Source: Clostridia bacterium (lineage in GTDB: Bacteria; Bacillota; Clostridia; UBA1212; UBA1255). From it: a stretch of 64,000 bases of DNA. Each line of letters opens with the position of its first letter. The first letter of the stretch is position 1. A program made the translations under genes and the position numbers. The stretch spans positions 1,584-65,583 of the forward strand of contig JAFWQX010000066.1 in NCBI GenBank assembly GCA_017508875.1, read 5' to 3'. Shown here piece by piece: positions 55,706 through 64,000 of the stretch. The notes under the pieces were generated by a model. It was not told the DNA's origin and ran no database searches. It saw only the letters and a list, made by a program, of their open reading frames with translations.

Positions 55706-57199
55706 ATGAATCGAATTGTTCGTTGCTTAAGTACTCTCTTGCTAAGTATTATTTTTTTGACGAATGCTTCTTTTTTTAAAAAGAAAGATCCATTATACAA
55801 ATTCGACGATTCAAATAGTTATGAGAATCGGTTAGTAACAGAAGAGCAGTTTTTAAATCAAAAGATTTACGTATATGATAAGTATGCGGAATCATATTTT
55901 TTTAGTTATCCAGTCAAAAAATATGATCCTAGTAAAGATCAAATTACAGATATTGACAGCGGAGATGTTTTGCCGTCAAACATTTTCTGCTATGAAAAGA
56001 ACCTTGAGACTAACCTTTGGCTAGAAACGAAGAATAGCAACTTATATTTTTTGTTTGACAAATTGCTTCTTGATCAATATTGGGATCTGATAATAGATGA
56101 GGTTGAATTGATTATTAATATCAATGATTTATCCCACGTTTTTCAGATTTCTTCTGGTTTTTATGATGCTATGAAGGACGCTAAAAATAATACTACATCT
56201 TCTGTCGTTGCTTTAAAAATCAATGAATTTTTAAATTTGCCTGATAATTACTCAATTCAACTTAAAATTGTTACTGAATTACCAATCCAAAATAATCCAT
56301 CCAAAGGAACTAATTCTATCTCGTCTGGCTACTATTTTCTTTATCCATATGGTGAAAACGACACATACGCAATGGACGCTAATACTTTATCGGATTATAA
56401 AGTTTTTTTATGGGCGTTTACGGGTACCAATACGCAAGTGTGGAATATTACAGTTTCTGTTCTTAATGGGTATGCAGTATTAAAGAATGTTTACAATAAC
56501 ATGTATCTGCGTTGGGATTTAACAAATATGAATGTTACCCTTGACATAGGGGGTGTTGTGGGCAATAGATTTACTATTGATTATTATGATTCAAATTGCT
56601 ACACATTGAAACCATGGTACTCGAATAAAATAGTAAAATATAATTCGGTTTCGAATTATTCAAATGTTTGTTTGACAAATGCTTCAAGTACAGTTTTATC
56701 CACAGAAAAATGGACATTTGTTCCTGTTTCTACAATTGGTATGGCAGGAAGCTATCGGCCAGAATATTCAAGTACATTTAGATGTTATCCATATGCAATG
56801 AGATTAAGTATATCATTAAATGTACCATCTTTAAGTAGCAACTATACTGTTCAAGAAGTTGCTCAAAATGTTGTCAATGATCCCGCTTTGTATGCTAATA
56901 ACAGGAAAGCAAGAATATTAGAATCAAATATGAATTATACTTCATATATTAAAAATACCGAATACAGGGTTGCGGTTAGAGTTGGAACAAATAATCCTGA
57001 TTACCCGGGATTGCATGATTATCATTTTATGGAACAATTGAATGACGGAAGTTGGGCACATAAACCCGCAGTTAATTATTCAAGAAACGATATCTTAAAT
57101 CCTGAAACTGATGATTGGAATCAATACGCTAATAATATTCTCGTTAGAGAGAAATTTTATGATAGCGTTATAATTTATCTGGCCATAAGTTATATTTAA
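55706..57199 (+). CDS. Secreted protein with ricin-B-like beta-trefoil (QxW) lectin region; low-GC, likely horizontally acquired
   Basis: Signal peptide MNRIVRCLSTLLLSIIFLTNASF; QxW-type repeats (TQVW, EKWTF); gene ~33% GC vs ~55% flanks; RBS AAAGGAG. Confidence 0.45.
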   Translation: MNRIVRCLSTLLLSIIFLTNASFFKKKDPLYKFDDSNSYENRLVTEEQFLNQKIYVYDKYAESYFFSYPVKKYDPSKDQITDIDSGDVLPSNIFCYEKNLETNLWLETKNSNLYFLFDKLLLDQYWDLIIDEVELIININDLSHVFQISSGFYDAMKDAKNNTTSSVVALKINEFLNLPDNYSIQLKIVTELPIQNNPSKGTNSISSGYYFLYPYGENDTYAMDANTLSDYKVFLWAFTGTNTQVWNITVSVLNGYAVLKNVYNNMYLRWDLTNMNVTLDIGGVVGNRFTIDYYDSNCYTLKPWYSNKIVKYNSVSNYSNVCLTNASSTVLSTEKWTFVPVSTIGMAGSYRPEYSSTFRCYPYAMRLSISLNVPSLSSNYTVQEVAQNVVNDPALYANNRKARILESNMNYTSYIKNTEYRVAVRVGTNNPDYPGLHDYHFMEQLNDGSWAHKPAVNYSRNDILNPETDDWNQYANNILVREKFYDSVIIYLAISYI

Positions 57200-57222
57200 A
57201 TATCACGAGGAGGAAACAGATC

Positions 57223-57870
57223 ATGAAAAAGAAAAAAATTATTATTATGACGCTTTTCATAATATCTATTATGAGCGTTCTTGCCACATCACTTTTTGTC
57301 GCTTTTGCGAATCTTTCTATGGAGAGCAATAACAAGGGGAGAAACAGTAATCAAATCGAAAACACTCCGGATCCCAAAACCGGTATTGTCCCTCCGAAAT
57401 TGATTACCGATTATAAAAACGGGACAGACGAATTACTCAGTGAAAAGCGAAAATATTACGACGATAATAATATTGAATTCGATATTCTTCTGGTTTTCAA
57501 TACATACACTGAAAACATATACAGCGATGCACTAAATTGTGTCGGTCACCGCCTGTTTGTCCTTCCGGCAGAGGGAAGCGATTATAAGATCATTAATCTG
57601 AAAGGCAACTTTTGCCCTATAAGCTATTATGAAGAGGATAATGCTTTTTATGACATATGCGGCAACGCAGATTCTACCGCGCCATGGTTTGACATATCGT
57701 TTGAAATCGCATCCGATAAGAAAGGAAACGAATCAGTTACTCTGCAATTTGAATATATTACAGATGAAAACGGAGATAAGCGTTTAGAGCTTGTTTCCTG
57801 TTCGGCGCAAAAGACTAAAGTGTTTATTGAAAACTATGATATGATTAGTAAGGCGAACAGTACCATATAA
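57223..57870 (+). CDS. Hypothetical secreted/membrane-anchored protein (low GC)
   Basis: N-terminal hydrophobic segment IIIMTLFIISIMSVLATSLFVAFA; strong RBS GAGGAGGAAA. Confidence 0.5.
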   Translation: MKKKKIIIMTLFIISIMSVLATSLFVAFANLSMESNNKGRNSNQIENTPDPKTGIVPPKLITDYKNGTDELLSEKRKYYDDNNIEFDILLVFNTYTENIYSDALNCVGHRLFVLPAEGSDYKIINLKGNFCPISYYEEDNAFYDICGNADSTAPWFDISFEIASDKKGNESVTLQFEYITDENGDKRLELVSCSAQKTKVFIENYDMISKANSTI

Positions 57871-58204
57871 AATTGAGAAAATAAAACCAACGGTTTAATG
57901 CTCCCGGCGAGAGTTTCTTATCAAGGTGGAAGTCATAGCATACAGAGCCACAATTGCTTTTCTCGAGGGACATAAGGTGTTATTTTAAAGTAGAACGCTC
58001 CGGCTGAACGTGAATACGGCGGCCGGTTTTTTTGCTCGGAAAGTTGCGTGAGAAGCCCTGATCAGAATTATCCAAAAAATATTACTTCATAGATTGTGAT
58101 CCGGATCAGTGCTGCATTTGACTAGAAGGGGTCTGAAAAGCTATAATTCAGCAGGCCGCACAGCAGCGTTGCTTTTTGCGGCGAACGGGAGGCAGCATTC
58201 TTCG

Positions 58205-58792
58205 ATGGTAAAAGGGAAAAAGCAGGAGCAGGATATAAAAGTGATCGAACGCGAACTCAGAAAGTGCAGACGTTCTTTATCGATCTGCGGGATAAGCGTT
58301 ATTGCCCTGGGACTGTGGAGCGTCGCAAAAGCAATTCTAAACAGCATACTGAACCAGACCGTCCTTGACACCATGCTCAATAAGATCAGTTTTAACAAAT
58401 TGCCGCTGCTGAAAAGCGAGTCTGATACTATCACTTTTACGGTGTACCTGACCTCCGCACTTGTCCTTATATTTGAACTCGGGCTGCGTGTCTACGTTGG
58501 TCTTACAGCTATATCTGAATCACACGGAACGAAAAGGAGACCGGTTTATATCGTTCTCACTGTAATTATTGACGGCCTGATATTGATAAGCCTGCTTCCT
58601 TCTGTTATTTCAACAATATTTTCGCGCGGCTTTCTGCTCACAAAAATCGCTTCGCTGCTGCTGGATATAACGTCCTTCGCAGTATTGACCGAACTCGCTA
58701 TAGATGCAATAAAGCTGCGGATATATCTGAAACGGTTTGAAGTCGCGGCAGTGTCCGCTGTTGACGCAGACGTATCCGGGCAGGAGGTATGA
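58205..58792 (+). CDS. Hypothetical polytopic membrane protein
   Basis: 4 predicted TM helices; start uncertain (GTG 58109 or ATG 58205). Confidence 0.4.
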   Translation: MVKGKKQEQDIKVIERELRKCRRSLSICGISVIALGLWSVAKAILNSILNQTVLDTMLNKISFNKLPLLKSESDTITFTVYLTSALVLIFELGLRVYVGLTAISESHGTKRRPVYIVLTVIIDGLILISLLPSVISTIFSRGFLLTKIASLLLDITSFAVLTELAIDAIKLRIYLKRFEVAAVSAVDADVSGQEV

Positions 58793-58796
58793 GCGT

Positions 58797-59987
58797 ATGG
58801 AAAAAGACTTTCATTATTACGCTACGTACTGCGCCGCATATATAGCCGGATTTACACACGAAGAGAGCGTCAGGATCGCCTGGAGCGCGGCATTCGTTGA
58901 CAACTGCTCTAAAACTTTCCTTGCCAGAGCGAAGGCCCCTTTGAGCGCGGCGACTACTCAGCTTCAGATGGAGCTGATGGAAATGCGTACCGACGTCATA
59001 GGGCTTCAGGAGATCACCAGGATCTGGACGTCGTTTCATTTCCTGCCCAGGGACCTTTATGCGCCGGTAAAAGGTGCGAAGCGCTACAGAAATAAATACA
59101 GACTGCTCTGCGGGCCCAACGGACCGCTGCTGAAAGATACGATCGAACTTGCCAAAAGCAGCGGAACACTCGAAGCTATAGGCCTGTCGATGCACGTGCT
59201 CGCCGATACCTGGGCGCATATGTATTTCATCGGAACGACTTCGCTCGTGTTCAACACTTCAAATTATCATTTTTATGAGAAGATTGCCGACGGAAACGGC
59301 GGCTTTTATGAAAAGCATATAACCTTCCGCCATAATCCGGGCATCCCTGACGATGCGGTGAATTCGCTCTATACTGCCACGCCATTCTCACTGAGAGAAA
59401 ATGCTGTTTTCAATCTCGGCCACGGACGGCTTACGCACCTGCCTGATTATGCTTACGCGAGATACAGGTACATGCCTTCATGGAAGAATTACGAAGAAGT
59501 GTATAAAGACAATCCTGAAGATTTCTACAAAGCGTTCTGCCAGATGATCTATGCGCTTAAATATCTGCGCGGTGCAACAGACCGCTTCGAAACGGACACT
59601 TATGATTTCGAGGCTGCAAAGCCGTACGAACATGAAATACGTACGTTCTTCGAAAAGAGGCAGATCGAGCTAGCGAAAGAATGGAAGGCACTTTCGCTGA
59701 AATTGTCCGGGAAAGAATTTGCACCGTTTGAAATAGAACCTGCGGCAGTAGAATACATTGACGCCGGGGAAGATCGCGACAATACTGTGCTCGGCAGGTT
59801 CATAAAAGCGGCGCTCGCCCAGAAAAGCATGGTGACTAATAAAGTATTCAAGTCCGGAAATCTGACGTGCGGCTACTCCGTTAATTATGAAGAAAAGGGG
59901 CTAAAGGGCATAAAAGATTATTTCAAGCTGCTCGAACTCCACAATGAAGACAGAATAAACCAGAGGCGGAAGGGGAGAGAACAGTGA
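58797..59987 (+). CDS. Hypothetical protein with His-rich putative metal site (HYYATY...HVLADTWAHMYF)
   Basis: ORF with RBS GGAGGT; no family assignable by eye. Confidence 0.45.
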   Translation: MEKDFHYYATYCAAYIAGFTHEESVRIAWSAAFVDNCSKTFLARAKAPLSAATTQLQMELMEMRTDVIGLQEITRIWTSFHFLPRDLYAPVKGAKRYRNKYRLLCGPNGPLLKDTIELAKSSGTLEAIGLSMHVLADTWAHMYFIGTTSLVFNTSNYHFYEKIADGNGGFYEKHITFRHNPGIPDDAVNSLYTATPFSLRENAVFNLGHGRLTHLPDYAYARYRYMPSWKNYEEVYKDNPEDFYKAFCQMIYALKYLRGATDRFETDTYDFEAAKPYEHEIRTFFEKRQIELAKEWKALSLKLSGKEFAPFEIEPAAVEYIDAGEDRDNTVLGRFIKAALAQKSMVTNKVFKSGNLTCGYSVNYEEKGLKGIKDYFKLLELHNEDRINQRRKGREQ

Positions 59988-60556
59988 CCAAATTCAAACG
60001 CGCCACCATTTTAATGATCTCGGCGGCAATGATATTGACAGCCATCGTTTTTATGGTATCTCCTAAAGAAAGTTATCCCGTAGTAACGCTGATCCTGAGC
60101 TTCATGCTGCTCGCCTACGGCATCCGGCAGATCATTTACTATATTGTTATGGCACGCCATATGGTCGGAGGCAGATTGATCCTTTATATCGGGCTGATAC
60201 TGCTCGATCTGGGACTGTTTACAGCGACGCTTTCAGTCATTCCGCTTCCGTACGTTATGCTTTATCTGCTCGGCGGATACGCTTTTGCGGGGGCAATAGA
60301 TCTGATGCGCGCGAAGGAGGCCAGGCGCCTGCACTCTCCCGAATGGAAATTCATTTTGTTCAAAGGCGTGGTCAATATTCTGATCGCCGTTATCTGCCTC
60401 GTGCTGATCTTCGTAGGGACAACTATTGCCGCGGTGTACATTTATTCTGCAGGCCTGATCTATTCGTCGATTTTGCGTATCGTTACGGCAATGCGCAAAA
60501 CGGCCGTCGTATACATTCCTCAGACTGAAATAGAAAGGATAATGTCGTTAAAATGA
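59984..60556 (+). CDS. Hypothetical membrane protein (4-5 TM; HdeD/DUF308-like topology)
   Basis: Hydrophobicity pattern only. Confidence 0.45.
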   Translation: MTKFKRATILMISAAMILTAIVFMVSPKESYPVVTLILSFMLLAYGIRQIIYYIVMARHMVGGRLILYIGLILLDLGLFTATLSVIPLPYVMLYLLGGYAFAGAIDLMRAKEARRLHSPEWKFILFKGVVNILIAVICLVLIFVGTTIAAVYIYSAGLIYSSILRIVTAMRKTAVVYIPQTEIERIMSLK

Positions 60557-61155
60557 AAAGATCATTCAACAAGACTGTTCCGGCAAAGCTTATAGCAGCC
60601 TTACTTGCAGTTGCCGCCGTGTTTATGCTCGCGTCGTGCGAAAAACTCAACGAACTTGTCGGAGGGTGGGGCGACGAATTCGGAAATCTAATCCAGGAGC
60701 TCGAAAATGAAGAGAACGGTACGTCGCAGCCCGAAGGCACAAACGGAAAGTACGATTTCGTATCCAAAGACGTTGACGGACGAACGGTCCGGCTTTCGGA
60801 TTTTAAGGACGCCTCCGTCGTGATGATCAATTACTGGGAGCCCTGGTGCGGCCCTTGCCTCAGAGAAATGCCCGACCTCGCCCGCCTTTATGAAAATTAT
60901 AAAGACAAAGGCCTCGTGATCGTAGGCGTTTTCAGCGAGACCGGTATGGATAAAGAAGTGCGCGACATCATTGCCGACGACGGTATAACGTATCCTGTCG
61001 TACGCAAACAGGGCGTGCTCAAAAACTTCAACGGACCGTACGTTCCGACGACGCTGTTCGTTGACGCGAACGGAAATCCGCTTTCGGATTCGGAAGTAGT
61101 CGGATCGAAAAGCTACGACGAGTGGGAGAGCATTTTAAAACTGTATCTTGAATGA
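60553..61155 (+). CDS. TlpA/ResA-like thiol-disulfide oxidoreductase lipoprotein
   Basis: Lipobox LASC; thioredoxin active site [13 protein letters not shown]. Confidence 0.75.
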   Translation: MKRSFNKTVPAKLIAALLAVAAVFMLASCEKLNELVGGWGDEFGNLIQELENEENGTSQPEGTNGKYDFVSKDVDGRTVRLSDFKDASVVMINYWEPWCGPCLREMPDLARLYENYKDKGLVIVGVFSETGMDKEVRDIIADDGITYPVVRKQGVLKNFNGPYVPTTLFVDANGNPLSDSEVVGSKSYDEWESILKLYLE

Positions 61156-61274
61156 ACTTCGAGGCAGGCGGGACTTAGCTATGGAAGGCAAAACGGTCAA
61201 TAAAAAAACGGTTCGCCTGGTTTTATCCGTGCTGGCGCTCGCTTTGGGCGCGGCAATGATCATCTTCGGCGTGC

Positions 61275-62264
61275 TTGGCGGTCAGTTCGTTTCTGTTTTC
61301 CGCAAGGCGGCGACAATATGTCTGGAGTGTGTCGGGATTGGATAAGGCGGGCAGAGCATCGGTTTTTAAAAATTTTATATTCCGCTACCGCCTCGCTTTC
61401 CAGGGCATCGCTGCGCTTCTGCAGAACGCCAATTTCAAAGGCTTTTTCACCGGAAAGCCGTTTTCCGGCGCCGCGAAAGGCGTCTGCGTACCCGGGCTCA
61501 ACTGCTATTCCTGCCCCGGAGCGATAGGCGCGTGTCCGATAGGTTCTCTTCAGAGTTTTATGTCTGCGAGGCGGTTCAAATTTCCGTATTACGTGCTCGG
61601 GCTGCTGATTTTTTTCGGCGTGCTGCTGGGCAGGGCGGTGTGCGGTTTTCTCTGCCCGTTCGGGCTTCTGCAGGATCTGCTATTTAAGATCCCGCTCGGG
61701 AAAATACCGGTATTCGGGAAGCTTAGGCAGAAACTGCATAAAAACCGCGTTGACCGCGTACTGCGCAAATTGAAATACGCCGTACTCGTACTGTGCGTGA
61801 TAGTACTGCCGCTGTTCTTTAAATTGACACCCGTATTCTGCAAATATATCTGCCCCTCCGGAACCGTCTCCGGAATACTCGTCGGTCTGGCCGATTCATC
61901 GGTCGGAGCGCTGTTCGGCAGTATGTTTATGTGGAAAGTGTCCGTGCTGTCAATGATCGTGCTTGCGTGCGTACTGGTAAGCCGCCCGTTCTGCAGATAT
62001 CTCTGCCCGCTGGGCGCGTTTTACGCCCCGTTCAACAAGATCTCGCTCGTTCGATTAAGCGTCGATGCTTCGAAGTGCGTCTCCTGCGGGAAGTGCTCGT
62101 CCGTCTGCGGCATGGGCGTCGATCCGGTCAAATCTCCCGACGACCTCGAATGTATACGCTGCGGTAAGTGCGCGGTCAATTGCCCGGCCGGTGCGATACA
62201 TATCGGTGTAAAAAGCTGCGTAAAAAGCCGCGTAAAAAGCCGGAGCTCAAAATCAAGTATTTAA
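61275..62264 (+). CDS. Membrane-bound polyferredoxin (NapH/CcoG-like, multiple CxxC and 2x[4Fe-4S] motifs); N-terminal boundary uncertain, possible frameshift with ORF 61181-61345
   Basis: [54 protein letters not shown]. Confidence 0.55.
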   Translation: MAVSSFLFSARRRQYVWSVSGLDKAGRASVFKNFIFRYRLAFQGIAALLQNANFKGFFTGKPFSGAAKGVCVPGLNCYSCPGAIGACPIGSLQSFMSARRFKFPYYVLGLLIFFGVLLGRAVCGFLCPFGLLQDLLFKIPLGKIPVFGKLRQKLHKNRVDRVLRKLKYAVLVLCVIVLPLFFKLTPVFCKYICPSGTVSGILVGLADSSVGALFGSMFMWKVSVLSMIVLACVLVSRPFCRYLCPLGAFYAPFNKISLVRLSVDASKCVSCGKCSSVCGMGVDPVKSPDDLECIRCGKCAVNCPAGAIHIGVKSCVKSRVKSRSSKSSI

Positions 62265-62361
62265 AATTGAAAATCACCGCTGAAGAATGTATAATATAAC
62301 AGCCCGAAAGGGCGGTTAATTATTATACGCAAAAGCGTCCGGTAAACGGAGGAACACTAAC

Positions 62362-64000
62362 ATGGCAGAAAATAAAGAAAACGAAAGAAAAACATATTAT
62401 ATTACGACCCCGATATATTACCCGAGCGGAAATATGCACATCGGACACTCATATACGACCGTCGCCGCAGACGCCGAGGCGAGGTACAGGCGCCTTAAAG
62501 GCTACGACGTGATGTTCCTCACCGGCACCGACGAACACGGCCAGAAGATACAGAGAAAAGCCGCGGAAAAAGGCGTTACGCCTAAAGAATACGTTGACGA
62601 GATCGTCGCGAATACGAAAGAACTCTGGAAGCTTATGAACGTTTCTAACGATCAGTTCATTCGCACCACGGACGATTTCCACGTAAAAGCCGTGCAGAAG
62701 ATATTCAAGAAGCTGTACGACCAGGGGGATATATACAAGAGCGAATACGAGGGCTGGTACTGTACGCCTTGCGAATCGTTCTGGACCGAAACGCAGCTCG
62801 TTGACGGGAAATGCCCGGACTGCGGACGGCCGGTCGAGAGGACGCGCGAAGAGAGCTACTTCTTCAGGCTTTCTAAATATCAGCAGCGGCTCATCGATTT
62901 CATCGAAAGCCATCCCGATTTTATTCAGCCCGTTTCAAGAAAGAACGAGATGCTGAATAATTTCCTGCGTCCCGGACTCGAAGATCTGTGCGTTTCGAGA
63001 ACTTCGTTCGACTGGGGGATCCCGGTGACGTTCGACGAGAAGCACGTAGTTTACGTATGGGTCGACGCACTTTCAAACTACATAACCGCACTGGGATACG
63101 GCAGCGACGACGACAGCAGATTTAAAAAATACTGGCCCGCACAGGTCCATCTGGTCGGAAAAGAAATTGTCCGCTTCCACACTATCATCTGGCCTGCGCT
63201 GCTGATGGCGCTCGATCTGCCTCTGCCGGAACAGGTGTACGGGCACGGCTGGCTGCTGATCGACGGCGGAAAAATGTCCAAATCCAAGGGCAACGTCGTT
63301 GACCCGCGCATTCTTTGCGCAAAGTACGGCTGCGACGCCATCCGCTATTTCCTGCTGCGCGAAGTCCCGTTCGGATCGGACGGCGTGTTTACGAACGAAG
63401 CGCTGATAGGCAGGATCAACGCGGATCTTGCGAACGACCTCGGAAATCTCGTGTCGCGCACTGTGTCGATGCAGCTCAAATATTTCGGCGGAGTTCAGAG
63501 CGCGGACAAAGTTTTTGCGGATGCTGACAATGAAATCCGCGGCCTTTTCAAAGAGATCTACGATAACGTTCAGGTCCAGATGGACGCGCTTCAGTTCCCG
63601 ACGGCGCTCGTGGAAATATGGCGCGGCGTATCGAGGCTCAATAAATTCATCGATGAGACCGCACCGTGGGTACTCGCCAAAACTGCTGATACCGTGAAAG
63701 CGGATAAGGACAGGCTCGCAGGAGTTATGTATACGCTGCTCGAAGGCATTCGCGCGATCTCCGTACTTATCGAACCTTTTATGCCCGAAACTCCTGCAAA
63801 AATACGCGAACAGCTCGGCATCGCAGAAAGACCGGAGCTTACCGCGTGGGAAACGGCGGCGCAGTGGGGCGTATACCCCGACGGCACCGAAGTGAAAAAA
63901 GGCGAAGCGCTGTTCCCGAGGATAGATCCTCAAAAAGAACTCGAAGAGCTTGAAAAAATAAACGCACTGGCCAAAGAAAAAGCGGGCGGGAGCGATAAGG
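62362..64000 (+). CDS. metG: Methionyl-tRNA synthetase (partial, continues past window end)
   Basis: HIGH motif ([10 protein letters not shown]), zinc knuckle CTPC...CPDCG, KMSKS motif; RBS GGAGGAA. Confidence 0.9.
   Translation, partial: MAENKENERKTYYITTPIYYPSGNMHIGHSYTTVAADAEARYRRLKGYDVMFLTGTDEHGQKIQRKAAEKGVTPKEYVDEIVANTKELWKLMNVSNDQFIRTTDDFHVKAVQKIFKKLYDQGDIYKSEYEGWYCTPCESFWTETQLVDGKCPDCGRPVERTREESYFFRLSKYQQRLIDFIESHPDFIQPVSRKNEMLNNFLRPGLEDLCVSRTSFDWGIPVTFDEKHVVYVWVDALSNYITALGYGSDDDSRFKKYWPAQVHLVGKEIVRFHTIIWPALLMALDLPLPEQVYGHGWLLIDGGKMSKSKGNVVDPRILCAKYGCDAIRYFLLREVPFGSDGVFTNEALIGRINADLANDLGNLVSRTVSMQLKYFGGVQSADKVFADADNEIRGLFKEIYDNVQVQMDALQFPTALVEIWRGVSRLNKFIDETAPWVLAKTADTVKADKDRLAGVMYTLLEGIRAISVLIEPFMPETPAKIREQLGIAERPELTAWETAAQWGVYPDGTEVKKGEALFPRIDPQKELEELEKINALAKEKAGGSDK

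Noticed and set aside
62265-62361. T-box leader upstream of metG
   Set aside because: The intergenic space is only ~100 bp and holds a TTGAAA-17-TATAAT promoter and RBS. That is far too short for a T-box riboswitch, and no specifier or antiterminator elements are visible.

Overview
This 64 kb window looks like a chromosomal segment from a Gram-positive, Clostridia-like organism, judged from promoter and ribosome-binding-site style, a Spo0A C-terminal-domain protein, and sortase, lipoprotein and YfhO envelope genes. Core GC is about 55%, and several lower-GC islands are embedded in it.

Core genes include clpB, a small sufC-sufB/D pair, birA, ribF, lgt, an FtsW/RodA-family gene, partial metG, tRNA-Gln, tRNA-Leu and an initiator tRNA-fMet. 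There is a carbohydrate locus (a secreted glycoside-hydrolase-like protein plus an MsmX-type ABC ATPase, two permeases and a binding protein). A glycyl-radical enzyme, its activase and a zinc alcohol dehydrogenase form an operon on the minus strand.

The three items I would look at first are these:
1. Downstream of tRNA-fMet (23971-31300) sits a cassette-like accessory island. It carries an AbiEii-type nucleotidyltransferase pair, an HTH-Fic protein, a pRiA4 ORF3-family protein and a Schlafen-like AlbA_2/HATPase_c_4 protein. The cassettes are delimited by three copies of a roughly 110-bp repeat that is homologous to the tRNA-fMet 3' end plus its downstream flank. Each copy encodes an identical 8-codon mini-ORF (MRAGAVNT) whose only differences are synonymous.
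2. An array of six long palindromes (TGGCACACAAA...TTTGTGTGCCA) lies between the glycyl-radical operon and an unusual partner-switching operon.
3. That operon has no sigma factor. It contains a STAS protein, a membrane sensor fused to both a PP2C phosphatase and a GHKL kinase, a STAS domain fused to an aminoglycoside-phosphotransferase-like kinase, a membrane DUF218 protein and a zinc-ribbon membrane protein.

Other repeats worth noting are a MITE-like element with heptamer microsatellites present twice, a 12-bp tandem array copied from the sufB/D 3' end, CTCGTTCC-type microsatellites upstream of two promoters, and a Spo0A paralog whose receiver domain lacks the phospho-acceptor residues.

All domain, motif and tRNA assignments were made by eye without database searches or folding tools, and every coordinate should be confirmed with the checks listed under each finding.
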